NCBI GenBank assembly: GCA_040285855.1
Contig: JAUFOQ010000004.1
Span: forward strand, 744,001 to 808,000
Length of the DNA: 64,000 nt
Direction: 5' to 3'
Source of the DNA: Eukaryota sp. GEM-RC1
Taxonomy: Eukaryota
The position numbers and the translations under genes are program-made. This document shows, in pieces, positions 37,201-47,782 of this stretch (position 1 is its first letter; each line of letters starts with the position of its first letter). The notes beneath the pieces were generated by a model, which saw nothing but the letters and a program-made list of their open reading frames with translations, had not been told where the DNA came from and made no database searches.

Positions 37201-39498
37201 AATCAAAAGGGCATCTCCATGACAAATTCGAACACTTGTTACCTATTGATTGTGTTAGTAGACGACCTCAAGAAGTTCTAAACTATTGTTTCCAAAGACA
37301 GTGTATTAGCATTGAAGTTGTTTTTATTATTTCAATCAAATAAAATAGTTCGTCCCACTTTTGTAACACATAAGACTACACTGAAGTCTATTGTAAAACA
37401 TACAGGACTGGAATTATTGTTGAATTATTATGCTCTATTGGTTCATAAGCTACGGATGCACACTTCTTATTGTTTGAAGCTGTTTTTATTGCATTTAAAT
37501 AAGAATGAGCTTCCACTACCATTAATTTCAAGGAAAGAGGTTGAACACATTCAAACGTTGCTGAAGGAAATCTCTGCTGATCGTCATAAGATTAAACTAA
37601 ACAATGGAAATCCAACAATTAATGACGACTTGAGAACATTTGTTACAAATCAATACAAACAAGTAATGATGGACAATGGTGGTATTCCACAATTTCCAGC
37701 TGCATATTCTCCACGACTTATGGCAATGGTAGGTGAAACAATCAAAACAAATTTGAACACCAATATTAAAATGCGATATCCTCAGTACATTGACAAATTT
37801 ATTAATGTTTGGTTTGAAAAGAATAGTGTTGAAGAAGAAATGTCTAAAAAAGAAAAGTCTGTATTTCGTTGGAGATTGAGACAAGTAAAGAATGTTTTTC
37901 TTCAAAGGAATAGAAACGATATTCCAACGACCACTGAAGAAATACAGGAGTTTATTGAACAATCTAATGCAGAAATTCTTGAAGATGACAGTGAGAAAAG
38001 CTTAAGCATTGCAGATAAAATGCAACTTTTAAGGCAAAGCCACGACACTGTTCTAAAACTGTTCCAAGATAATGTCTGCATTGATATCCTCTTCCCACCA
38101 ACAATTAAAATTCAAAAGTCAAATGGTGATTATGAAGACAAACAGATTGATTCTCTACTTAAAGCAGTACATGAACATCCACAATCGTTTATTAAATCAG
38201 CAATACAGATAAATAACTTTCTTGAAGAGGATGAAGCCAGTACTTACAATATAATTCCGATTGTTCGACACGTGGTTCCAGGCTTCTTTGGAAGTAGACA
38301 CACAAGGTCTTTGGGGAATATTACGTTCCACATTAACCAATCATCAGGTTAAAGAGAAAAAAAACAGATCTGAGTGGAATTCAATTGAGGAAAATTAGGC
38401 ACATGTCTCCTGCCGAACAAAATCAATTCTGGTCATACTTTGTCAATTTTAATCGTCCATTTATAAAGAAAGGCTATAAGTTTAACAATTCTATTAAAAC
38501 TGATGGTTTCTCTGCTTGTGTTGAACTTACCAGAGAGGACTGTGTGGGAATGTCGTTCAAACCAGACAGCGCAAAGTTCTCCAGTACTGATGAATATGTT
38601 CAAGACTATGATATTGAAGAGTTTACATTGAAAACAAAAGTTTACATTGATCCTGGCAAGAAGGATTTACTCTACTTCTGTTCAGAAAAAATAAGAAAGC
38701 CAGAAAATTTAGCCCGTGAAATGAGAAACAAAGAATACGAGTGGCTAAGATTGACAGAAACAGAATGGTCGAGATTGTCCAGAGTCCATCAAAAGTTTAG
38801 AAGGGAAAAGAAAAAAGAATTTATTCTCCGAGATGAAAAAACGGTTGAACAAGAAGAGTCAACATTATCCAAAGAAAATTCAAAGTCAACCGTGTATGAA
38901 ACCTTCTATGACTATGTGGGTTCCAAACTGACAGTTATTGAATCAACATTTGATTACTACTGTTTGATGATATGGCGCATTCAAAAATGCAAAGATATGT
39001 CCATATTCAAAAAACAAAAAGTAAGTTGTTGAAAAATATGACTGCAAAAGGATGGAATAAAAATGACTGTGTATTGATGTTTGGTGACAATGGTAATAAG
39101 AGGCAGAACCTAAAACACCTCCGATCAAGTAGAGGTGTGATGTGGAGAAACTTCTTTAAGAGAAATGGTTACAATATTGTTCTCGTAGATGAGAGTTACA
39201 CGTCTTCAAAGTGTCCTACTTGTTGGGGGCCAGTCAAAGTGTTTATGGAAGTTGACAATCCTCGACCCAAGACACAAGAAGAGAAGCCTACGGTGAAGTT
39301 ACATGCGTTGTTGAGATGTCAATCTGAGAAGTGTAGAGAAGAATGTGATGACAAAGACAAAGTGTGGAATCGTAACAAGTTAGCGTGTATCAACATCAAA
39401 GCTATTGTGGAGCATCATTTGGAGCGGGGTCTAGGAGTTAGACCCAGTTATTTGTCATAGTCATAGTTATAGACTATATTTACTACGTGAATCCGCAG
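34223..39498 (+). mobile_element. Fanzor-encoding element; right end defined, left end not determined, no transposase recognised
   Basis: Homology with the copy at 8441-10020 stops abruptly after GTGAATC(C/T)G(C/T)AG at 39498. Confidence 0.7.
34280..39460 (+). CDS. Multidomain Fanzor polyprotein (~1700 aa once frameshifts are bridged): 2A-like peptide, 2x Ulp1/SENP protease, PolB-type DEDDy exonuclease, Fanzor/TnpB RuvC
   Basis: Six same-strand ORFs joined by single-base shifts. DLTTDGGIESNPGP; PIND..HW..DS..Q..NDCG twice; SFDIET / TGFNITNFD / YCxKD; KTDG, YIDPG, VDESYTSSKCPTC, WNRN..ACINI, RPSYLS*. Confidence 0.85.
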
Positions 39499-39518
39499 TT
39501 ATCTGAGTAATCATCTTT
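39421..39518 (+). ncRNA. Putative Fanzor omegaRNA overlapping the ORF end (scaffold to 39498; guide TTATCTGAGTAATCATCTTT)
   Basis: Hairpin 39427-39445 (GGGTCTA/TAGACCC), stem ATAGTC/GACTAT and terminal stem CTACG/CGCAG; non-coding conservation for 38 nt past the stop in both copies. Confidence 0.6.
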
Positions 39519-39862
39519 TTACAGAAACCACTTCATGCAGTAGTTGTCATTATCATTCACAACACCTGTTGTCTTCATTACATACTATAGCGAAGGTCTA
39601 GGATTCAGTTTAGTAAAGACGTACATACATCTATGAATTATTGATACCAACTAAGAAATTCGATTCGATTTTTATTACAGTTTGAAAGACAAATGAGTAA
39701 GTTACACTGATCACAAACGAAGAAACTAAGTGCTAGAAATTACACATATAATAATTACCATAGCTGTTAAATGGTGGGATGTTTCAAGTAAGATCAAACT
39801 AACTCTTTGGATGACATTGGATCTGCCCAAATTCTATCGTTGAGAGGAATTGCAAAGAAGAT

Positions 39863-40807
39863 CAGTTTATGGAACAAAAACACTAAAATAAACATAAATA
39901 CTAGAATTCAATATCATCAAAGCAACAATCATTGCCATTAAAACACACATCAGATTTTTCTTCATAAAAAACACTGAGAGCTAATAGAGCTTTTGAAATC
40001 ATGATAGGAATTGTTTTAAATATTGTAAAAACAATACGATTCAACCAAAATTTGAAATCAAATTTCTTGTTCATTCTTTTTTTGACCACTTTCTCAAAAT
40101 CAGAGAGAAAACAAAGAGCATCTCTACCAAGTCGACCATAAATTGAAATTGCAAAAGGACATAATTTGTACTCAACATGTCTAATATGTTTGAGAGCAGT
40201 CAGTGGTTCATCATATTTGTTTCTCTTGTATTGTTCTGAAGAATTCAGTGGAGAAACTTCATTTTTAGCATCCTTGAATGCACTTTTTTTGCAAACATCC
40301 ACAGTAATCACATAAACAACGGTTAGTTCATCATTAGCTGATGGAACTATAACATCAGCTCTTCGTTTACCAAAAGTCTTATCAGAATCACTATTTTTGG
40401 AAATTATTGATTTCCAGTGATCTCAACAGTGGCTCAACGAAAGATTCGATTTTGTAGGACTTACACATAGCATGAATTTGATCTCTGACAGCATCATGAA
40501 TACAAGTTCTATAAGTAATGAAACGATTACAACTCAAAAGGTGAGAAAAAGTAACTAATTTACCACATTTGCATTGAAGATCATTGGGTAAATTAGAGGG
40601 CCACAAGAAACATCGAAGTCTGAATGTTGTAGTCCATTGATGATCATTCAACAACAAACCATAAATCTGAGGAATTTGGTTAATCAAAGCAACTGAAGAA
40701 CTGTCCTTCAAATCGATTAAAAAATTTGCGACAGCTGGATTTTTTTCTTTGGCCGAGCCAAGTCGAATTTTAAAATCCAAACATTCAAAATGTTTTAAAA
40801 GGTGTTT
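39863..40807 (-). mobile_element. 5'-truncated CRE-like non-LTR retrotransposon (zinc knuckle + restriction-like endonuclease)
   Basis: CKCG..HLLSC, IHDAVRD, EP, RADV, TVDVC, K..KY, PFAISIYGRLG; 13-bp TSD TTGCAAAGAAGAT at 39850-39862 and 40808-40820. Confidence 0.88.
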
Positions 40808-40887
40808 TTGCAAAGAAGATGAATACTACTAGTACAGTAGTACAGTTCATACTTGTAGTATGAAAACGGATTTCAGAATTTAACTTC

Positions 40888-41109
40888 ATGGTTTCCCTAC
40901 TTTCGCCTATCGGTGTTGTATCTCTCCTACTTCTCTTCATCTGTACATCTTCTTATCTTCGGCGTGTGGAACGTGTAGGAAAGTTCCTCAAAAAGCACAA
41001 ATCTGGATTTCTTGGCAGCGTCTTCAAAGCATCTGTTATCGGTGTTCGTCTCCATTGGATTGTTTCCATTGTCTGTGTGATAACGGCTATCTGTGTTTTG
41101 TTTTCGTAG
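40888..41109 (+). CDS. TMEM167: Protein kish (TMEM167)
   Basis: LLFICTSSYLRRV..KSGFLGSVFKASVIGVRLH..VSIVC, 73 aa. Confidence 0.9.
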   Translation: MVSLLSPIGVVSLLLLFICTSSYLRRVERVGKFLKKHKSGFLGSVFKASVIGVRLHWIVSIVCVITAICVLFS

Positions 41110-41272
41110 TTTTCCTATCTCCACCCCTTTCTCATCAACTCTCATTCCTTATCAGTCTTCTGTATGGACTGATAAATACTCTGACTCTCATCTTTCATCA
41201 TTTTTGCAGTCATTAAGACAGCTTTTATGTCATACAACCACACATGTACAAAGTATAAAACACACATTGGAT

Positions 41273-42250
41273 CTATATCTTATTTACAAATGGCAAATCC
41301 TTAGAAAATCGATCAACAAAAATACTAAATAGACGAGATACACTTTCTGGATCATCTTCATGTACAGAATGTCCCGTATTTCTAACAACCTCCACCTGAA
41401 ACTTCCCGGCCATCTGCATTATGATACCTTCTTTATCAAGACGGTCCAGGTTGGCTAAAACTAACATTCGACCTCCAGGAAAAGCTATAAACTTATCAAA
41501 TGATCCCTCAAACCAACTTCTCCAATGATCTTCGTTTTCTATCAACAGATCTGCAGAGACTCGCCATACCCATCCAGATTCAGTCTGTTTTAGCATAGAA
41601 GGGATATGAACACGAATAGCTTCAGTGTTAAGAATAGTCCCTGAGGATTTAGCCCATTTGAATGCTGTTTTGAGGTTTGGAAAAGACGAAGGTCTTTCAA
41701 TCAAATACTGTTTCATAAATGACAGGTTGTCAATAGCGGTGTTTTCAGCAACATCGATACAAACAATTCCCTTGGGATCGAATACTGAAGGCAGAGACGC
41801 GGTAGAAAGGTGGCAAACCAATGCAGCTCCAAGTGAATGACCTACAAGAAATAACTTGAGTTTTGAGAATGATGAATTATCGTCAGCAATCTGTTGTAGA
41901 ATTGACAAAAGATCCTGAACTAGGTTGTCTGTAGAAAGAGGACCAGATACTTGAGTTTCTCCGTGATGACGTAGATCAGGTGCAACTATAGTACATTTTG
42001 ATTTCAGACGTTTTGCTAATGGTGCGAAAGAAAGAGCTGTAAACGAAGCACCATGAACACACAGTGCAATGGAATCGTGGATTGGTTCTGTTTTATACAA
42101 TCGAAAAACGCCTCTGGGAGTAGTTACATCAGATACTATGTCAAAAAAGTCTGTTGCAGGCAAAGGTTGTAAAGAAGGCAAAGATGGACTTGAACCAACA
42201 GAGAATAGACTTCTATGTAGAGAAGAATGAGATGGTGGTTTTGGAGGCAT
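41273..42250 (-). CDS. PPME1: Protein phosphatase methylesterase 1 (alpha/beta hydrolase)
   Basis: HGASFTALSF, DLRHHGET, GHSLG, IDVAE, RPSSF, DRLDK..IMQMAGKFQ, GHSVHED. Confidence 0.92.
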   Translation of the reverse strand: MPPKPPSHSSLHRSLFSVGSSPSLPSLQPLPATDFFDIVSDVTTPRGVFRLYKTEPIHDSIALCVHGASFTALSFAPLAKRLKSKCTIVAPDLRHHGETQVSGPLSTDNLVQDLLSILQQIADDNSSFSKLKLFLVGHSLGAALVCHLSTASLPSVFDPKGIVCIDVAENTAIDNLSFMKQYLIERPSSFPNLKTAFKWAKSSGTILNTEAIRVHIPSMLKQTESGWVWRVSADLLIENEDHWRSWFEGSFDKFIAFPGGRMLVLANLDRLDKEGIIMQMAGKFQVEVVRNTGHSVHEDDPESVSRLFSIFVDRFSKDLPFVNKI

Positions 42251-42305
42251 TGTGAAGCAGAAACAAACTCACAAAACTACATCCACCATATCCAATCTTT
42301 ACATA

Positions 42306-42686
42306 ATGTCTTCAACCAAACAACTCGTTGTTTTTGAGTTTCCAGAGTTAGAGAATACTGATTTTCTGAATGAACCCAATGATTTGCGACTTCTTGGACT
42401 TGAGACACAACATCCGCTTTGTGCAGTTAATGGGTTTTTGTTTTCAGGTGAATGGCGTTATGTTGTTGGTACTGGTCTTCTTTTCCCAAACAATCCCAAT
42501 AATATCCCATCTTCTCGTGTATCTAAAAAGCTAGTGTTCAGACGGTGTATCCAGATCCCCATGCAATACCGAGAACAGCTCTCGTCACTACCACAGGTGT
42601 CTTATAGTAAAACATCAAAGTCAAATAATTCTATCTCTCTCTTAACACTCGGTTCACGTCTACCTTGCAGAATTGTTCATCCCTAG
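42306..42686 (+). CDS. TFIIIC subunit 6 (Tfc7/GTF3C6)-like small protein
   Basis: LLGLETQHP....FLFSGEW..VVGTGLLF matches the TFIIIC_sub6 pattern. Confidence 0.6.
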   Translation: MSSTKQLVVFEFPELENTDFLNEPNDLRLLGLETQHPLCAVNGFLFSGEWRYVVGTGLLFPNNPNNIPSSRVSKKLVFRRCIQIPMQYREQLSSLPQVSYSKTSKSNNSISLLTLGSRLPCRIVHP

Positions 42687-43210
42687 TGTTTTGAGATACG
42701 ATGTCAGTATTTTGGTTTGAGCGGACTATTGTATTTGGTCTTCCCATTGAAAACCTATTTGCAATTGTGTCCTCTGTAGTTATGTTGTACATAACTAAAA
42801 ATCTTAGCCTAAGACTCTATTCGGCAAATTGTTGGATGCCAAAATCTCATTTACATGATTGCATCAATGAGGATAAATGACTACTCTACCTCTCTTTTCG
42901 ATTGTAACATCTTTTACCATCTTTGTTGCTTTTAAATCACTAAGAATGAAGGTTCTTTTGCATTTTGCCGTCGATAATGATTGTTGCTTTAATGATATTC
43001 AATATAAGATATTGAGTTCTAGTATTTGTGTTTATTTTAGTGTTTTTGCTCCATAAAAATGTAGTAATAAATATTTAGTCAAAATTTATTGAAATAGTCC
43101 ATTGAAACAACGGGATGTAATGACCAAGAATAACTTCATATAATGTGGCCAAAACACCATTTAGCAATATGCAACATGTTGATCTTCCTAAAGTACTACA
43201 TTGTAAGATG

Positions 43211-43690
43211 TTTATTCGGCACCCAATAAGGTAACCTTCCTACAAAACTATGAAATTGTAAAAACAAACAAAAAATACTAAGATTAAATCCAAACGACTT
43301 CATCACCACCCGGTAAAAGATTACGTTTATCAACATTAACCTTCACACCAAACTTGTACAATTTCTCAATTAATCTAGAGAAATAGAAAGGCATATTCCG
43401 ATATATGGAAAACACTATACGGTTTTTCCATTCAGCCATTCTAAACTTACGCTTCTTTTCTTTACACAATTCTTCGAAATCCTTGAAAATTGATCGCCAG
43501 CAGGACTAATAGATCCAAAAAGAGAAACAGCAAAAGGTTGAAACACAAATTTGGAATATGAGTTTCTATTTAATTCTTCTACTTGAGAGTCATACTTGGA
43601 GTGTTTGAGCTTTTCAGCTGCTGTTAATGGATTAAAAGAAGAATCTAATATCCTACTTACACAAGATTTGTTACATACATCTACTGTAGA
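43211..43690 (-). mobile_element. 5'-truncated CRE-like LINE, family B
   Basis: Near-identical to 10631-11110; possible TSD ACATTGTAA. Confidence 0.75.
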
Positions 43691-43882
43691 TAGACATTGT
43701 AATAATTCTCATTTGAGAAGTTTACTAATTTCCGAGTTTAGGTTTGTAAAGAAGTTTGGCTTTGTAGTTTTTGAACTACATGTATATGTACATTGTGTGT
43801 ACAATTTGTCATATGGAGTCAAGTGAAAGACATCTGAAACGATCGGTCAAAATCAACATGAAATATCAGTTTTTCTCGTATC

Positions 43883-44888
43883 ATGAAACTGTTGTTCGTT
43901 TTAGCTCTTGCTGCTGTGGTTTTCGCTAACCCTCAAATCGTCTCCATTGTCAACTCCAATCCCACTTCCACATGGGTTGCTGGTGTTAACCCCAGATTTG
44001 TTGGTATGACTCATGAAGAAATGCGCTCTCTATTGGGTTTGAAGCTCGACTTCATCAACCTTCCCAAGAAAGTTGAAGAAAACGCTAACCTTCCCGAAAC
44101 CTTTGATGTTCGTGAACAATGGCCTGGATGCCCTTCCTATGCTATTCGTGACCAAGGACGTTGTGGTTCCTGTTGGGCTTTCGGTGCTGCTGAAGTTTGT
44201 CCCCTTTCTCATCTTATCTTAGGCTCTTTCCGATAGATTCTGTATCGCTCAAAACAAGAAGGTTGTCCTCTCCCCTCAATGGTTAGTATCCTGTGACAAG
44301 TCTAACATGGCCTGTAACGGTGGTTGGTTAGACAAGGTTTGGAGATTCATGGCTTCCACTGGTGTTGTTGAAGACTCTTGTATGAAGTACGTTTCCGGAC
44401 GTGCGGGTCAAGTCCCTCCATGTCCTTCTCAATGTGAAGACGGATCTGCTCTCAAGATGTACAAGGCTGCTAACGCTTATGATGTTTCCTCTTCTGAAAC
44501 CGCAATTATGTCTGAAATCCAAAAGTACGGTTCCGTTGAAGTCGGTTTCTCCGTCTACTCCGATTTCATGTCCTACAGATCTGGTATCTATCATCATCAA
44601 ACTGGTTATCTCCAAGGTGGACATGCCGTCAAGATGATTGGTTGGGGTGTTGAAAACGGTCAAAAGTACTGGTTAGTTGCTAACTCCTGGGGAACCAGCT
44701 GGGGTGAATCAGGTCACTTCCGTATCCGCCGTGGTGTTAACGAATGTAACATTGAATCTATGGTCACTGCCGGTCAAGCTGGAGATGCTCCCAATCACGA
44801 AATGCCTTCTGACGACAATAGATGCAGTACTTCATGCTCATATAACTCCCGTGGAGAATGGAAATGTGAAGTTAGATGTACTTTCTAA
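43883..44888 (+). CDS. CTSB: Cathepsin B-like cysteine protease (papain family C1A), secreted
   Basis: Signal peptide; [23 protein letters not shown]; 28-nt intron at 44195-44222. Confidence 0.95.
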
Positions 44889-45165
44889 TAGATATATTGT
44901 CAATTTATTGTAAAGACCACTTGTTAATAAAACATCTCACCAATTTTTATAGGAACATGAATGGCGTATCAATATTCGTTTGAGGATAGGTTTATGGCAT
45001 GTGGTTAAGTCTACTTGTGTGTGGTAGTTCTTTAGGCCTCTTTCCATCATGTTTCCAACTGTCATAAGTTCATTTAAGACCTATCATTCACAACAGTTTA
45101 TGGGATCAATGTTTAGAATTGTTTAAAAGTAATGTTTTTCATGGAAAAATTGAACCAGTATTAAA

Positions 45166-45864
45166 CATAGTTCTACTTCACAACAATATTGTTTTGTGAT
45201 TTGTGATAACAATGATCACAATAATCACACACTACATGTATATGAAAAATGTACTCTTCATCTTCATAACTCCTATAAAAAATTATCCCATTGTGACTTA
45301 TCTCCAGACAATTTGATCTTAACCAACAGTAAAACAATTTCAATTTTATCACGAACTGTATTTCAGCGTTACTTTATAACCACTTCTTCTATTTCCTCAC
45401 TAAGATCAACATCTATCATCACCTTTCTCCACTAATTCATCTTCAGCACTCAGAGTTCCTTCAGTGCTGGCACGCACTACACTCCAAATATCTGCTTATA
45501 TGTAACATTGTTTGATAACTTCGTCCATAAATTATAAATTGAGCGAAACTGAGAATTTCTTCTTCTTGCTTCCAATAGAGCTAGGTTAAAATAATCTCCA
45601 ATGACATCATCTATATGAGTAAGTTGCAGACATATTTAATCGTCATTTAGAAAAAGAATAATCTAATTCGTGGACTTCAGTCTGCCACTCAGACATGACA
45701 AATAGTTGACTTGTCTTGTTAATTTTCAGTTATTTGACTAAAATCTGACAAATAAACAAAATAACAACCAAGTTTAGCGTCAACAGTCGTGATCACATTG
45801 AATCCGACCATTTTTACACTTTTGTGATCACAAATCACAGTGTGATTTGTGAAGTACAACTATG
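45166..45864. mobile_element. hAT-type MITE
   Basis: TIR CATAGTT(C/G)TACTTCACAA; 8-bp TSD GTATTAAA at 45158-45165 and 45865-45872; longer sibling at 58002-58874. Confidence 0.9.
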
Positions 45865-45879
45865 GTATTAAATACGTTG

Positions 45880-46150
45880 TCTGACTAAATTATGAGAGAT
45901 AAGATTAGAGCTGATTTGATTGGTCCTTGGTTGTCCTCTCAAGAAATATTTATGGACTATACTTCGGTTGATCCTTGTAACTCAACTTCTGTTAACAAAA
46001 TTTTAGATGAAAAATAATTTGCTCTTGAAACTACTGAAAGGAAAGATTAGGTCATTATGGTGAATTAATTGCCACGATGAATTCTCGTCGACACACTTTT
46101 GCCATTCCTCTTTACGGAACGTTCGGCTTCTTTGGTCAAAAATGTCAGAA
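45880..46150 (+). mobile_element. CRE-like LINE fragment, family C
   Basis: RADL..MDYTSVDPCNSTSV; homologous to 28340-28570. Confidence 0.55.
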
Positions 46151-46202
46151 ACCTCGATTAAAACAGACCTAGGTCATTGTCATGTTACAGAACTCTCTGA
46201 GT

Positions 46203-47782
46203 CAGGGACTGTCAAAAATATATTGCAATATATTGCGGGGCCAAAAAGATTTGCAATACAGTATTGCAATAATTGGAAGCAATATAAATATTGTTGAGTA
46301 CACTATTTATTGTATTTATTCCGTCAATAACTCATAAGACCATCATTAGGCATGATCTAAGTTTACTAGTTTCTGGTTAACCATCTTGCGGACCAAATTA
46401 ATGTCACAAAACTCTGTGTTTACAGAAAGGAATTGTTGATTGGCAAGTCTTCTATCAGAAAAGTTGTGTCGTGACAAATCTTGCGGTAATCGAGCTTTCC
46501 TGAAAAGTCGTTCTGCAACATTTGATGAAGTTGTAATTGCAGTAACCAACAGTATCACGTCTCAGTCGATTACAAACATCTTAAACAGAGGAAACATATC
46601 CAGGCCGTTCAGCAATTTCGTCATCATCATCACTGTTCACGTTATCTACTATCAAAGAATTCCATTGATTTAGTTGAGTGCTGGGAGATAGAAGTAAAGT
46701 AGGCTTTCGCCATCTGTTCTCGAGTGAAACTCCAGGAAAACGTCATGTAAGATGATGTGTAGAATGATATCAGATATACACCTGTAGCCAAAACTAGACA
46801 GATACTACTAATAGTAAGGACTTTTGTACTTATCTTCAGGCTTCACTAAAGTAGTAAAGTGATAAAGTGACTTTACTTTACTTTACTTTACTTTACTTTA
46901 ATATTTCGGAACGGTAAAGTGACAAACCTCAATCTTGTTTATTTTGCCTTCTGAGCACAGTAAATAACTCTTTGACACCAAAAGTACACTATTATACATG
47001 TTTTATTGCAGAAACTCACCAAAAACTGGAATGTAAAAATGGAAAGCGGGCAATGGCTGAGCGCTTAAGATCATATCATTTTCACTATGGATCAACTTAA
47101 CCCACATCTTCATATGGGTTCACTTCTTCAACTTGGACCACATCATCTTCATCTCTTCTAGATCTTCATCAGACACTTCTTGGTCATCATCCTCAAATAC
47201 AAAGACCACTTCCTCTGCTGGTTGCCAGTCGAAGAACTGATTTGAAGGAGCTGTTCGGAAGGAAGGAATGTCATGGAAATCTATTTTCAATTTTCAGGAG
47301 AGAATGTATGGGAGAGGAATTGAGATTGGATCCAACTTTAATGTCCTTAAAGTTACTTTATTTATCAAAGTAAAGTAAAGCTAAAAGTAAAGTAAAGTAC
47401 TTTACTTTAATTTTGAATTTTGGACTACTTTAGTGAAGCCTGCTTATCTTACCCAAGAAACATAATTTAATTTGATGACATCAACTTACCACGTACAATG
47501 TGGACTAACCGAAAATATCATATTTTACTGTTTTTGTTCTCTAAAATTATGTGAGTAGTAGAAGTAAGGACTTCCAATTGTACACAAACCAAAAACTACA
47601 TGTCCTATGTTGCCAAAATTCCTTTCAAGCAACAAAAAAAGCAATGATTTATAATTGTTGTTCAAAATCGAAATTATTGCAATATATTGCAATACAAAAT
47701 GAAACTGCAATACAGTATTGCAATACACAATACTCAATATTGCAATTATTGCAAAAGTGCAATATATTTTTGACAGTCCCTG
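46203..47782 (-). mobile_element. Non-autonomous hAT element with a dimerization-domain remnant
   Basis: TIR CAGGGACTGTCAAAAATATATTGCA; 8-bp TSD CTCTGAGT at 46195-46202 and 47783-47790; TSSNVAERLFRKAR. Confidence 0.92.
46837..47442. mobile_element. hAT-type MITE nested in the previous element
   Basis: 19-bp TIR CAGGCTTCACTAAAGTAGT; 8-bp TSD CTTATCTT; TTTAC/GTAAA subterminal repeats. Confidence 0.92.

Noticed and set aside
36282..37343. Host or Polinton DNA polymerase B gene
   Set aside because: Only the exonuclease domain is present; no polymerase motifs (SLYPS, YGDTDS), and the frame continues into Fanzor
39863..40807. Functional link between CRE LINEs and Fanzor (both copies have a LINE nearby)
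   Set aside because: The LINE has its own TSD, lies outside the conserved end and has a different relative position in each copy; LINE fragments are abundant everywhere
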